Shown: one piece after another, positions 26,377 to 38,577 of the stretch
Layout of the letters: every line of letters begins with the position of its first letter
Position numbering within the stretch: the first letter of the stretch is position 1
NCBI GenBank assembly: GCA_946965045.2
Contig: OX337242.1
Span: 2,816,467 to 2,880,466 of the forward strand
DNA from: Epithemia pelagica
Lineage: Eukaryota > Protista > Bacillariophyta
Length of the DNA: 64,000 bases
Direction of reading: 5' to 3'
Notes under the pieces: generated by a model
The model's input: only the letters and a program-made list of their open reading frames with translations
The model's database searches: none
What the model was told of the DNA's origin: nothing
Position numbers and translations under genes: made by a program

Positions 26377-27858
26377 TTATGATGAGTCATTGGATCCAAG
26401 AGTGTTGTTCTTCTTGTTTTGTGCCAGGAGGAGGACGGCTGCCATGTCCGTGTGATAGGCGGGTGATCGTACATAGTCTGTCAAGGGGCCGATTTGCTTT
26501 TTGAGCCAAAAACACTGGGTCCGAACGTGGTGCACATTCATCATACTCGGGTCTTTGGGAGCCGCACCATAACACATTCCAGCAGTCTTGCCGGTTTTCC
26601 AATATCCATTGTGGGGACGCAATTGTCGTTTAAACTGGAACCAGGCCTCTTCAAACTGGGCGTCCCGCAATACTTGGAGTGTAAACATGCATTGGAAGAT
26701 AAAATAAGGCATTTCGGTACACACATCCTGTGACTGGTCGGGAGTGGTTTGCACCATGTGCTCCAGGTGGTTGGTATAGGCTTGCATCCACCGTTGCATC
26801 ACGAGACTTTGGGGTCGTGCTACCATGAAATAACTGTCCAGCATGCGTGCCTGGCCGGCCAGTTGTAGGTACGGTTTCTTTGGCGGGGACGATCTGTCTC
26901 GAATATGACAGGTTTTATATTTTTGGAGTTGACGACGGCTCAAAGCACCGGCCTTGCTAAAAAAGGGGGGCACAAAAAAGTCGACATGGCTGGATGGAAT
27001 CAAGTGGTCCACATAGTCATCCAAGGGTCGCATGGGACAAATGGAGGTATCGGCATAGACACCCCCGTACAAGGCCATGAGTTCGGTGCGCAGCAAGTTT
27101 CCCAGTTTGACGGGGCAGATTCGTGTACCGTTGGTCCTGTGGTTGTTGTTGCCGTCGATTGTTCGAGGAATGCTGGCCAACCGAGCAAAGTTGGGAGCCA
27201 GTGTCATGGCTGTGGTCCGATTGAGGATGCGAACATCCCACGTGGGATGCAAAATCTGCCAGGCTTGGACGCAGGCATAGTCGGCCTGATATTTGTTGGG
27301 TGTCGAGTGGGGGCCACCAATGTCCGCCAAATGGTCCAGTCCTCGATCCCAATACAACCAAACGATTTTGGGGATACCCTGAATCGTTGTGTTGGTGGTA
27401 AGAGGTGGTGCAATTGTAGGAACGGGCAAGGAGGAGGAGACGGAGGAGGAGGAAGAAAGAGAAGAACCCGGCGAGGATCCAATCGAAACTGGTCGGCCTC
27501 TTGCTGGACCAGGAGCGTCGGCGTGGTGAGTGGACGTGCTTGAGTCGTTGGTTTTGTTGGAGTCGATCGATCCCACCAAGGGATCCTTCCTTGTCGACAA
27601 CAATTGAACGGTGCTTCGGGAGGAGTTGACCAAACTTGCTGAATGATCGAGTCCATCCTCCTCCTCTTCCGTTGTATTGGACGAGGAAGACGACTGAAAC
27701 AACACATCTCTGTGTGGAGTCAACTTTACAATATTGCATATGGACGTCCACATCAAGAGTGTTGAGAATAGGAGTGCCACTTTCAGGATGGTCGGCCGTT
27801 TGGAAACTCGCAAGATCCAGGGCATGGTTCGATCGTCGTGAGATGCCGAATGCCCCAT
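26377..27858 (-). CDS. DXD glycosyltransferase (capsular polysaccharide synthesis / GT32-like), type II membrane protein
   Basis: N-terminal TM, Ser-rich stem, IPKIVWLYW...W.ILHPTWDVRILN...NLLRTELMALYGGVYAD...FMVARPQS. Confidence 0.8.
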   Translation of the reverse strand: MGHSASHDDRTMPWILRVSKRPTILKVALLFSTLLMWTSICNIVKLTPHRDVLFQSSSSSNTTEEEEDGLDHSASLVNSSRSTVQLLSTRKDPLVGSIDSNKTNDSSTSTHHADAPGPARGRPVSIGSSPGSSLSSSSSVSSSLPVPTIAPPLTTNTTIQGIPKIVWLYWDRGLDHLADIGGPHSTPNKYQADYACVQAWQILHPTWDVRILNRTTAMTLAPNFARLASIPRTIDGNNNHRTNGTRICPVKLGNLLRTELMALYGGVYADTSICPMRPLDDYVDHLIPSSHVDFFVPPFFSKAGALSRRQLQKYKTCHIRDRSSPPKKPYLQLAGQARMLDSYFMVARPQSLVMQRWMQAYTNHLEHMVQTTPDQSQDVCTEMPYFIFQCMFTLQVLRDAQFEEAWFQFKRQLRPHNGYWKTGKTAGMCYGAAPKDPSMMNVHHVRTQCFWLKKQIGPLTDYVRSPAYHTDMAAVLLLAQNKKNNTLGSNDSS

Positions 27859-28421
27859 TGAATTATACCATGTATTTCTCGTAAGAGGTTATCGACGAGT
27901 TACGTCAAGGAGAGCAAACTTCCAAAAAGGCCCAAGATATTTTTATACCATTACTCATACAACACTATGTATGGTATTTTCCCTTTCGGTTTTCTTATGA
28001 GGGAGATATTGACTCACGGACAACAACTGACAACACGATCACAGGCGAGGTGCGCGGATGGACGGGTGGACGCTGGCTTCTTGCGACCGGAGGTCGACTA
28101 TGATCCTTAGCCCCCCCCAGCGGGGGAATCCACTCATCAAAAAGAGCACCTCCACAGCCGGAGCTGGGGGTTGACTTTGGATCTAACCAAATCGCGGCAA
28201 ACAATGCGACGTCAAGCCAAGCGGAGTACATGCAGGTGGTGTTTGTTGTGTGTCTGTCGTTTCCATTATCGCCGTGAGGCTTTTCGTTGAACATATTTAG
28301 AAAAGGTTGAGAGGGAGGAACTGGCTGCGAAGAACGAATCTGAGCGTGTGTGAGCACATAGAAAGGCCGACTGGAGAGATTCCCCCCGAGAGAACCCAAA
28401 AAACAGACGACGCCATACGCC

Positions 28422-31355
28422 ATGGAATTTGTCTTGGGCATTACCGATGTGGAACCGCGCTTGTGGAAGAACCAGGAACCATTGTGGGACGACGAACAGT
28501 TGATTGCCACCTCCAAGGATTCCTTTCTCCAGTTGGCGACTGAATTGTGCAATCACTCCCTCCAAAAACGCCGTCCCAACGATTACCATGTCAATGCACA
28601 CGCGTGGAACTGGAAAGTCAGCTCGCTCCAGCATCATCTCAAGACTGCGCAAGGCCGAGGCCTCGGTAGGATGGACGATGATAGTAGTAGTCCTAGTAAA
28701 AGTGAGGACCAAGATTCGGACAATGAAGATGCGTACCGAGGTGGTCACTTGGTGGCACCCCGTGAACAGTTGAACATATACCGACAAGACTTGGAGGAGG
28801 ACGAATATCAATTATTGGATGCGGCCAGGGAAACACTGAGTACCACCCTGCTTCCCCAAGACCACATTCTTCATTTTACCAACGACATGGGATCCACCAC
28901 CCATTTGTATTGTAAAGTAGTGTCGGTTCGACCACTGGTTGCGGGCACCATTCTTCGGTACCTTGGTCCCGCCGATTCGACGGCACAAGTTCAGCGAATG
29001 GAGGCTTTAGCGGCGTACAGTCTAACCAAAGAACACCAGATTGACTCATTCTATCCCAATTTTGCCAAGGCATTCTTGTCCAAACAAGTGGGGAGCATTA
29101 CCTGGGGATTGTGCAGCAAGATTCGATCCGAACGGGACACGGTTTGGTGTTCCATGGAGAATGCCACGTGTAGCACTGACGTCTTTTTTGCGTCACAGAC
29201 CTGTACCGACATGCAAGAGTTTCTAACGTTGGCCGAGGAGGCATGGACGCCCACAAAGCAAACAAAACGATACAATCCCAACTTTGTGTCGCGTCATGTG
29301 TTTCCGTCCGACTGCACGGGGGATGCTTCCTTTGAGCACATGACAGAGCGAAGCAACGATGAAAATGCCCAGTTTGGACCCAAACTTCTGTTGTTTCGAA
29401 AACCACGAGACGAATCCGTGGAGGAAACCAAGACATCTCCGTCCTTTGACTTTCGCAAGACCTTTCCCAGGACGTATGCTCACTTTACCAGTGGCAAGTT
29501 TCGCTGGATCAAATACAAAAATGGCATTTTGCGCGTCCTGGTGGGTCGCGCCACGGGCCACGACCATCGAGACTTTTCCTCGAATCAAATACTCGTGACG
29601 TGGCGTCGCATCTTTCGCACCCTTCACGAGCTCCTCTGTGCCGTGGAAGCCAGTTGGGTGTACGGGCCTTATCCCTTGGAGGCGGGCACGATTCTTGCCG
29701 GCATTGACGCGGATGTGGGGCCGTCCCATCCCCTGCCACCCGAACCAAAAGTGTTGGGAAGGAAACAAGATGCGGTGGTGGTCTCCCAGTGCAACGACCC
29801 GAACCACAAGATGATTACTGTCATGAAAATGGCTCAAGAGGATGATGGGAAGATGGTACTGTATTGTGGCCACGTGAATGGCATGCTCAACAAGTGGTGC
29901 CTCAAAACCAACCAGTTACTTTGGTCCAAACAAGTGTTTGAAGATTGCGCGGACGACTTCGAACATTTTACCGACTACATTGGTGTTCGGCTTAAAGCCA
30001 CGGGTGGCGTGGCTGGCTTGGTGATTCGCCAGAAGGACGACGGGAAGCACCTCCTGTATGTTTGGACCCATGCCATTGATGGCGATGATCCATATCCATC
30101 GGTGGTCCACTGCCTCAATGGGAGCGATGGAAGCCTCGTGACGACCTATACCTGCCACGTCGGTCAAGACACGAAAGGAAGAGTCGCCTTTCCTTCCATT
30201 GCTACCATTGTCGCCGCTCCCTTGTGGAATAAAGATGAAAAAGCATGGATGGACACCTTGGTGGTGGGCCTCCATTGCTCCCCGGGAGGTCACATCCAGT
30301 GGAACCAAGACTATTCCGATTTTGATCTGGACGCAGCCCAGGCTTGTGGCGAAGGAAACATTTTGCCATTTAATCTCTCCACCGGTAAACCTTTGGAAAC
30401 ATGGCGAGAACATACGGGAATCATTCGCGCCATGGCCGTCATGCTCCAAGACAAGTACCTCCTGAGTTACTCCATGCGCCATGGTCATGGCTTGCCGGAT
30501 GCCATGGTCTTGTGGGACCTGCAGTATCCCGGCGTCCCGCTGTCACGATTTGATTTCTGGGACCCTTCCGCCTCGTTGCGGAAACAACAACAGTATCGAC
30601 TCGACGATATTTCTGGTATAAGCAACTCGGGACCTTGCGTACTGTTTTTGGACGACAGCGCCGATCGAATTGCTGCTGTCAAGGTGAATCAGAATCGTCG
30701 CGGCGGCAAGGTCTCGTTGAGCATGGAGGGTTACGCCCGTGTGGGTGCCAGGTACTCCGAAGAAGAGGACTTTCACGGGTCCATGGCACTGTCCGGGGGC
30801 AAAGTCGCTCTGTCGAATGAAGTCGACCACAATTGCTGGCTGTTTGATATTGAATCCGTCTGTTCCGATGCGCGCCTGGACAAACGTGATGGCAATCGTC
30901 AACTGTTGTTAGACGAGCAACAGGGTGACGACGAGGACAATCGGCAACAATTGGCACAACAGCTAGCACTGGGGAAAGTGGAATTTCCTCGCTTTGCCGG
31001 TTGTCCGCCGAAACGTAAAAAGCGTCGACTCGGAGCCTTTGGGAATGACGATAACTCGGTAGAAAGCAATGAGATACCGGCGGATGATATGGGGATTTGG
31101 ATGACTGATACCGACGATGGCCAAGGGAATGGAGGACCGGTGGCCCATGCCATGTATGGGAAATGGCTCGTGGCCGGATACCTCAATGGGTCCATCGTCC
31201 GAGCTCCGCTCCTCCCTGACGAATTCGACGTGCCTCCGGAAACGATTGGTGGTACCAACGGCGTCGTTTCGTGCTCACGTTTGCCCAGCGATGAGTGGTT
31301 TTGCCCCTTCTTGGAGGCACATGTGGACAGACGACGAAAACGACGAAAACGATGA
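28422..31355 (+). CDS. 977-aa paralog of 21004-23991 (pRiA4b-like + beta-propeller)
   Basis: Collinear, high-identity translation. Confidence 0.7.
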   Translation: MEFVLGITDVEPRLWKNQEPLWDDEQLIATSKDSFLQLATELCNHSLQKRRPNDYHVNAHAWNWKVSSLQHHLKTAQGRGLGRMDDDSSSPSKSEDQDSDNEDAYRGGHLVAPREQLNIYRQDLEEDEYQLLDAARETLSTTLLPQDHILHFTNDMGSTTHLYCKVVSVRPLVAGTILRYLGPADSTAQVQRMEALAAYSLTKEHQIDSFYPNFAKAFLSKQVGSITWGLCSKIRSERDTVWCSMENATCSTDVFFASQTCTDMQEFLTLAEEAWTPTKQTKRYNPNFVSRHVFPSDCTGDASFEHMTERSNDENAQFGPKLLLFRKPRDESVEETKTSPSFDFRKTFPRTYAHFTSGKFRWIKYKNGILRVLVGRATGHDHRDFSSNQILVTWRRIFRTLHELLCAVEASWVYGPYPLEAGTILAGIDADVGPSHPLPPEPKVLGRKQDAVVVSQCNDPNHKMITVMKMAQEDDGKMVLYCGHVNGMLNKWCLKTNQLLWSKQVFEDCADDFEHFTDYIGVRLKATGGVAGLVIRQKDDGKHLLYVWTHAIDGDDPYPSVVHCLNGSDGSLVTTYTCHVGQDTKGRVAFPSIATIVAAPLWNKDEKAWMDTLVVGLHCSPGGHIQWNQDYSDFDLDAAQACGEGNILPFNLSTGKPLETWREHTGIIRAMAVMLQDKYLLSYSMRHGHGLPDAMVLWDLQYPGVPLSRFDFWDPSASLRKQQQYRLDDISGISNSGPCVLFLDDSADRIAAVKVNQNRRGGKVSLSMEGYARVGARYSEEEDFHGSMALSGGKVALSNEVDHNCWLFDIESVCSDARLDKRDGNRQLLLDEQQGDDEDNRQQLAQQLALGKVEFPRFAGCPPKRKKRRLGAFGNDDNSVESNEIPADDMGIWMTDTDDGQGNGGPVAHAMYGKWLVAGYLNGSIVRAPLLPDEFDVPPETIGGTNGVVSCSRLPSDEWFCPFLEAHVDRRRKRRKR

Positions 31356-32402
31356 ATGACCTCGTCGACTACGAGGAGCTCGTGATTGTTACATTCAAAT
31401 ATACGCTGGATCGATCTATCGGAAGGGAGCACAAGACTCCTCTGTGCCCTTCTATAGAATAAAAGTGGGTTGGATTCTCCTTCTCATTGCTCGCCTCCTT
31501 TCATTGTTTCGATTCTTCCCATGCGGTGATGCATTGCATTCGAAGAAACACAAACGCACACGAGCTCGATCATCATGTCTGCGGCACAAGTTGCGTCCCA
31601 TCACCAACAGCCGTTGCACTACAGGCCACATTTCGTCATTATAGAGAATTACTTCTAGATTGGATCCATAGATTTGAATGATTGACCTTTTTTATAATTG
31701 TCGTTGTCTTGCCATGAGTTAAGTTCTGTATGGAATAACTTACTGGAACAGTAGTTTGCTCATCGACACTGCGTTTGAATCCAATCCACAAACAAGCTCA
31801 TGGTAAACTTGAGTCACGTTGACAGAAGAAACGCATTCTGGTTGCCGTCGTTGAATGGGCAGGGAAAATGCGTGCAAGTTGTCGGCTTTCACCAAACTAC
31901 TTTGGGCGAAGCTCAAGGCCAACGTACACCAGAGAATCGATCGAGTCATGGTCAAACACACTTCTGCAACGTTGCCGGCGCTGTAGCTGCTACCAGGCTT
32001 GGATTCACAATCGATATCCATGCTCGCGTTCGATGTTTCATGTCAGCCACCACACAGGCATTGGACAAGGCGCTTTGTCATTGTCTTGTTCCTGTTCGTA
32101 CCGTTGTACTACCCCCTCTATTTCAGAAATGGCAGAGAAAGGGCCAACCAGAATGCAATTCCCGAATCTAATACGCAATTTGCAATTTATACTTTGCTGG
32201 GTGTAAGTTAAAGTTACCCAACAACAAAGCCCACCCAGACAGTTATTTTACTGGAGTTCATAGAAAGGCCCTTTGCGTTTGATCCTTTCAATAGGGTACA
32301 GTTTCGAGTCATTGATGACCCAGAGATTTGCTCCTCTTCTCACGAAAACCCGAGAAACTCGATCTGTTCATCGTGTCATTCCACGCATCAAGGAAAAGTA
32401 GT

Positions 32403-33869
32403 ATGACCATTAGCCGGTCGTTTCCCGTGTTGACAACCAGGAAACAGACCAAGGTTCTGTTGTGTAGTGGTATATTAACATTGTATGTGTTGCACCAGGT
32501 TCTTTTCTTTGATAAAACACGACATGATGAATACGTTTTGGATCAACACGTTTTGGAATCCGAGTTGAAATCCAATAAAAAGACCACTCCATCGAAAGCC
32601 ATTCACTTCTCTTCTTGGGACAAAAATAGAACAAGTCCTGTTGAAACGTTTACGAACAGTCAATCCATTCGAGATCGAATTCGACCCTTATTTTCTTCCC
32701 ACCCTTGGCGGCAGCAGGAGCAGCACTCGGTGGCAGATAACTCATCCAATCTGGTTGTGGTTCCAGTGTTTGAACACAACGATGCAGACAGTCCGTCCTA
32801 CTTTGAAGTACCCTTGGTCACGGACCACCGTCATAGAACAACGGAGAATGACAACGACGACGACAAGATGTATACCATTACAGTCTTTACCCAAGTCAGT
32901 GTTGACAAATTGCCCCGAGTCAGGAACGTTGTCCAACGATGGAGGGCACCCGTCAGCTGTGCCGTCTACCTGTCTACTGAACAGGATATGGACACCTTTA
33001 TCGACTTTTTGGAGCAGCAACAACAGCAACATCTAGAGGATGGTATGAGGTGGACAAGTTTTGTAGCATTTCACGCCATGGTGGAGCCTCCTGTTGACAA
33101 GAACAAGAAACAAAAACAGTACCCTATTAACATTCTCCGTTCCTTGGCCCTCAAACACGTACAGACGGACTATGTATTCCTGCTAGATGTCGACTTTGTT
33201 CCAAGCGTGGGTGCACATGATCGAATCGCACGCATGATGTAATCCATCGAACACCAAGAGCAGCGGCAGCAGCAGCAGGCCAAACACAACACCAACAACA
33301 ACAATGAGGTCAGTCGACATGCCAAAACCATGTACATTTTGCCAGCCTTTCAGCAGTTTCCAGAAAATGGTACCAATACCGTGAAGAATGTATCAACTGT
33401 ACCCTGGACAAAGAAGGAGCTTCTGTATGCAATTCAGCAACACCGAGTGGATATATTCCTCAAGAAGTGGAAGCGTGCACATCTAGCTACAAACTTCCCA
33501 CGCTGGTTGGTGCTGGGAGGCTCAGAAGGTGAAGAAGCAATCAATGAGCCCTATTGGGTGACATATACTTCGGAACATTTTGAACCCTATGTGGTTGTGC
33601 GAAAAGACTACTTGCCACTCTTTTTCCCCGAGTATCGCGGGTTTGGGTTCAACAAGGCATCCTGGTTTGTGGAATGTGTGTTGCGGGACTTCAAGTTCCG
33701 AGTACTTCCCAATGACTTTGTGGTTCACATGAATCATCCATATGGCAAACGGCGCAACAACTATCGCGCTTTATACAATGAGCACTTTTCTCAGTACCTG
33801 AAGAAGGTCTATGGGCTTGCAAAGTATAGACGCATGAAGTTGCCTCTCAACCAAGGTTTTGTTTCGTGA
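32403..33869 (+). pseudogene. Glycosyltransferase family 49 (LARGE/B4GAT1-like), one in-frame TAA at 33240-33242
   Basis: TQVSVDKL, RWRAPVSCAVY, YPINILRSLAL, FLLDVDFVPS, FEPYVV, GFGFNKASW, VLPNDFVVH. The two ORFs share a frame. Confidence 0.85.
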
Positions 33870-34820
33870 GTAGACTCAACAATGATTGTCACTTTATGTT
33901 GGAAGCAAGTTTAAGTTTTCTTAGTTCCAGTTAAGACACTTCTTTTCGATGAAGCACAAGGTCTGATGAAAGGAACTGACGCTCAAGGAAATGGTTCTCT
34001 TGTGTTTCGAGCCATTCGATGGTGGCTACGAAAGAAGCGCAAGGTCAAGGTGGTTGCCGTCTCGGCTGGAACGACTGTCAAGCTCTCCAACCTTTTTCCC
34101 ACCAGATCCCCCTAGTAGGCAAAGTGTTTCAAGAACAGCGACGGTCACCTACGTGAAATATAAAGAAGGTAGTCACGACAAGAAGATGTTGTATGCACCC
34201 TTTTTTCTGAATACACATGCTTGTTTGTGAGGGATGTGGAGCAAGAAACTCGGAGCGACACCGACCCAGCACTATCCACAGAGTCCCAATTTCCGGATGC
34301 GGTGATCTACGGAAGACCTTTGTTTGCCTACTTCTATATCACAAATACGCTGGATCAGAAAAAGCTGACAGAATTTGCAAAGCGTTTGGTGTTGTCATCC
34401 GCAGACCATGGAAAAAATTTCTGCATGCAACAGCGTTTTGGGTGAGCAAGTGCAGATGGGATTCGTCAACTCCTTTGACACATTGACCGACCTCTTGAGC
34501 TCTAGAAACTCCTGTTTAGTTAGCAACAGTACCTGTACTTCTGCGGCGCAAGTGACCTTTATACCGGATCCTCTGTGCGCGACCCTGGCCATACGGTGGA
34601 TGGACGAAAACTGGCAAGACGGGGAGCTCAAGGGCAACGGGAAGCATTTTTGGACTCAACGGGAAGAGAAGGCATTCACAACCACCAGATAAGGGGGACG
34701 CGGGCGAGATTTTTGCCGCTTTGTACATGCTTATCTGCGGTGATGAGCTTCGAAAAGAGACTGACTCTGGACTCTCTTTCTGTTTCGTTGGACGAATAGC
34801 TTCGACTCTTGAAGTCCTGC

Positions 34821-35866
34821 TCACTCAACGTACATGCGCGAAGACTCGTTCTCTATTGTGGACACGGTCACGAAAGCAGGCTTCGGCCACAGATCGCTAT
34901 ATTTTTGCTGCAGCTGGTTGGTCTTGCGTAAAGCTCCAAACTCTGAGTAGTATTTTATCGCCTCACGAAGGCGAAAGGCAGCCTCATCGTCGTCACCGAT
35001 CTCCAATAAATACTGTCCAAAGCATTCCGAAAACAATGCAGCATCGAATAGTAGGCCTCCTCGAGCTGCAATCACAATAGAAACCTGGAAACTCTTGATG
35101 GCGGCGAATTTCTTGCCAGCAAGAGTGGCAAATTGAGCATCCATAAAGGCGTCGAGATGAGCAACATTGGGGTTTCCCTTCTCAATCCAATTCTTCAAGC
35201 GGCGATGGATAGCTTGAGCATTTTTTCGATAGGCACGATTCCCAGTTGCCCGAGCCGCGATAGCCGACGAGATGCCTTTGCAGATCACTTCGAACATAGC
35301 GATAGTGTAGGTCCCGGGATTTGACTTCACCGCCGTGTTGTTGCCATACTTCACGACTAATTTGGAGCATTCTTCATGCTTGCCGTAAATTGTTCGCACG
35401 TATCATTCCCATAGGAGGCAGTGATGGTAGTAAAATGGGTCACATTTCATCCATTCTTCGTTATCTGCGACAGTACAGTACTCTCCTGATAGAGACAACG
35501 GATCAGTCTCGGTCCGCCCGGCCAGATTCATGAACATCTGATAGTTTACCATTGTACTTCGATAGGCTACAAGGAAATCCAACTCCTTCATCTGCGGCAT
35601 ATAGATCTCGAGGTCAGCAATGCAGAGATCCAGCGAGAAGCTTGTCAAAAATCGGTTGTGATAGAACAGGTGTATTGCCCAGCAGGCACTCTCAGTGTCT
35701 CCAGATGATAATCCTAGCTCATATGCGCGAAGCGATGGTTTGATCTGGTCTCGCATAGGCTGCGTCCATGCCAGCCCCATTCCATGAGCCACAAACAGTG
35801 TCCGCGCCTTTACTAGAGGCGACACTCGAGGCAGTAGTTCTACTGCTGTTCTAGCAAATTCGGATC
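34821..35866 (-). pseudogene. C-terminal helical/TPR-like part of a diatom-expanded ATPase-associated protein; interrupted by the Ginger element and truncated at 43361
   Basis: LREAIKYYSEFGALRK-type C-terminus and an in-frame TGA at 35403-35405. The frame continues across the empty Ginger site into 43319-43360 (IIFAGIMGDLQSGSEFARTAVELLPRVSPLVKAR). Confidence 0.65.
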
Positions 35867-36110
35867 TGTTACCCGAGATTTCGACGCAAACGGCAAATCA
35901 AAACTTTGCGCTGATTTGTTGAAAATTATTAAAACGTCGTCATGTTTTGATTTGTTGTTCGCCGGCATATCAAATTAAAACAAAATCCCCATATTTTTTC
36001 TATCATTTTTCATCGTTTACGACCACTGATTTTCTTACCTCACAGCACCGTCATACTCGTTGTTCTTTCGCTTCATCGAATCGTTGACAGCCTCCCTTCA
36101 TACGTCCATC

Positions 36111-37892
36111 ATGAAGAAGACAAAGACTTCATCCAAGCATAAGAGCAACTCTTCTCGTCGCAACCGACCTCCAGGAATCATTCATGTGTATCAATCCGCT
36201 CAGACTTCTATCCGACATGAGCCATACTGCTTTGATACTGACGACTTCACATTACTTCTCTGTGAAATGTTCTCCCTGTGTCTACCAGGGGATGATGTTC
36301 AACAAGCCTTCATCCAACACAGTTTGCCGTACCTTAAATCTGTTCTTCGTCCTTTCTTAAGGCCAAGTGTCCCTCATATTCCTATTTTCATCATAGAAAT
36401 CAAGCGGGGATTTAAAGAACTACAGTTGACACGTTCATCAATATCACATCATGACCTACGAATACAGGAAGCCATTCCTTTACAGCTGACGCATGAATTG
36501 CATGGTGTATTCATGCTAGACTGTACATTGTCCAGGACACACCGTAAACCAAGAATTCCGTACAACCAACCCTACTACGAAGTGATACACCGTACACGAA
36601 CCTCCAGGGAATTCTGTTCTACTGAATTTGACCACATTTTTCGCACCGTCATAATTATTTTCCCCTATGCATCAGTATTTTGGACAACTGCCTTTACCTC
36701 GGACAATTCCAAATTTCTTTGTGAACTACAGTGTGGCATTGGCAAATCTATCACCACTTTGTCACTTACTCCATTACCACTTTCCTGGTTACGTCTTGTT
36801 TATACAACTGGTGAACCAGCGTTGGGAAGCTTCATCAAGTCTATAAACAAAGTATGGACAATCAATGATGTTGTTTCCAATGAATTGCCCAAAGTTATTC
36901 ACAGCATTCAATTTGACGACGGTGATGTTGATACTCCTCTTCTACCACCTGACTGTATCGGTGACAACATTATTAACAAAATCCAAGATCGCCGTACATT
37001 TTACCATGCTTTATTTGAAAAATCAGGATCCAATAAAATTGGCTGTCGCAGATATGTCACTGGTGCACTGTATCGTTCCATCCGTGGTTCCTCGGCCTAT
37101 GTTTTAAACCCAAGATCTGAAGAAAGACGAATCCACGCATTCCAGACTACTATTTTGGACAGCAACAAACGGCCAGTTGGACAATCCTACATGGTCGTGT
37201 CCTATGTATCATTGTCTGAGAAGCTATATCATGACTTTGCTTCTGTGGCAAACTTATACGTCTGAGACAAGAATGTTTCAAGCTGTGGGAACTCCAGGAG
37301 AAACACAGGAGACAACGGACAAATGAGTGGGTATGGAATCACGTTCAACCGTTATCAGCAACAATTAAAATCAATACCAATCTCCATGGACAATACATCA
37401 CTCAACAATAATGTAGGGCAGTTATGCTCCACGGTTGGGACAAGAATTCAACAACTCTATCCGGGAATATTGCCTTTGTTTACATCTTTGCGTAAACAGG
37501 CAGATATTGATGTCCCTCAAGATTTGGGTGGGACAGACGGATTTTGTTCCAACATCGCAGTAAGTGTTGATTTGGAAAACTCATCCCATGTTGATATCAA
37601 CGACGCTAGTGTTTGCTTCGTTGTATTTTCCGAAACCATGCCACATACTACAAAGAACTGGTTTTTCATTTTTCCAGATGTTCTGCTGAAAAGAGATGGC
37701 CGTACTTATAATGGACTGGTGATTGATTTATCACATGGCGTGACAATTCCATTCGACGGTCGTGTCATCCGTCATTACACTTCCAAACATGAGTGTGCCT
37801 TTGGTTCCGATGGAACAATTGGTCACACAGTGGGTTGGTTTTTCGGTACCTCATTTCCGGCCTTGACTTCATCTTCCAGTACTACCCCGTGA
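36111..37892 (+). pseudogene. Protein with a C-terminal TET/JBP-like 2OG-Fe(II) dioxygenase domain; in-frame TGA at 37263-37265
   Basis: ORFs 36060 and 37323 share a frame (NLYV*DKNVSSCGNSRRNTGDNGQMSGYG). HxD motif SHVDINDAS, NWFFIFP, and distal His in LSHGVTIPFDGRVIRHYTS. Confidence 0.65.
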
Positions 37893-38506
37893 ATATGCCT
37901 GTTCATGCAATCACTTTTGTTGCATTTACACAGATGCGTACAGACAATTCCAGCTTTTCGACATCCACAAGTATTAGTCTTGCATTGAAGCCCTAGTCGT
38001 TTGCAATTGCACTTTGTTTTCCTTCTTTCAAAATTTGTCTTTTGTTTCTTGATAGAATGATGCTTGCTGTAGGTAACACGATGTGCTTCTCGGACAGAAA
38101 TGATTTTATACTTGGTTTGATCAAAACTTTTATCCAAAATCTGTTGCCGTAACAAACGCCGTTCTGGTCCGAGAGGTGATGAGGCATCAAGTAAGTTGTA
38201 TTTATCATGTGTAAACCAAATGGATGTTTTTGACTGTTTATCTCCAATGATGCCTTCAGGAATTACCAATCGTACAGAAGGATATGCACCCGTGGTTGCA
38301 TCAATTATCAGACAGTGGATACCAAGTCTACTGTGGGTTGCTCTGTCCCTTGGATCTGCAAATAACGCCACAGACTGTCCCTTATGGACTTTGAAACCTG
38401 CTCTTCTATTCATTCGTATCATCTTACTCGCTTGATACGATTGATCAAACCTTCTTTGCTTCACATTTTCATTGCGTTGGTCAGTTCGCATTTCATTGTC
38501 GTCCAT
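37823..38506 (-). CDS. Cys-rich (CXC-like) C-terminal piece of the Ginger polyprotein
   Basis: KCNCKRLGLQCKTNTCGCRKAGIVCTHLCKC. Confidence 0.55.
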   Translation of the reverse strand: MDDNEMRTDQRNENVKQRRFDQSYQASKMIRMNRRAGFKVHKGQSVALFADPRDRATHSRLGIHCLIIDATTGAYPSVRLVIPEGIIGDKQSKTSIWFTHDKYNLLDASSPLGPERRLLRQQILDKSFDQTKYKIISVREAHRVTYSKHHSIKKQKTNFERRKTKCNCKRLGLQCKTNTCGCRKAGIVCTHLCKCNKSDCMNRHIHGVVLEDEVKAGNEVPKNQPTV

Positions 38507-38577
38507 AATACATAAATCACTAGGTTTTTTTCAGACGCGTCACTTATAGATCTAAAAGTATCGTTCTTGTTTGATAC

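Larger units (their letters stand above)
20670..31690. repeat. Inverted duplication: arms about 20670-24380 and 27970-31690 around a 3.6-kb spacer
   Basis: The coding and 3' flanking sequences match in reverse complement (e.g. ACAGGCCACATTTCGTCATT...AGAGAATTAC at about 20710 and 31620). Confidence 0.85.

Noticed and set aside
28110-28126. CCCCCCCCAGCGGGGG shared with module D (about 43669)
   Set aside because: Low complexity; it aligns to a similar C-run in the inverted paralog (about 24280) and has no CCTAAGG core or leader.
33991-34824. Short ORFs between GT49 and the TPR fragment
   Set aside because: They may be gene remnants, but I recognised no motif and cannot support a call.
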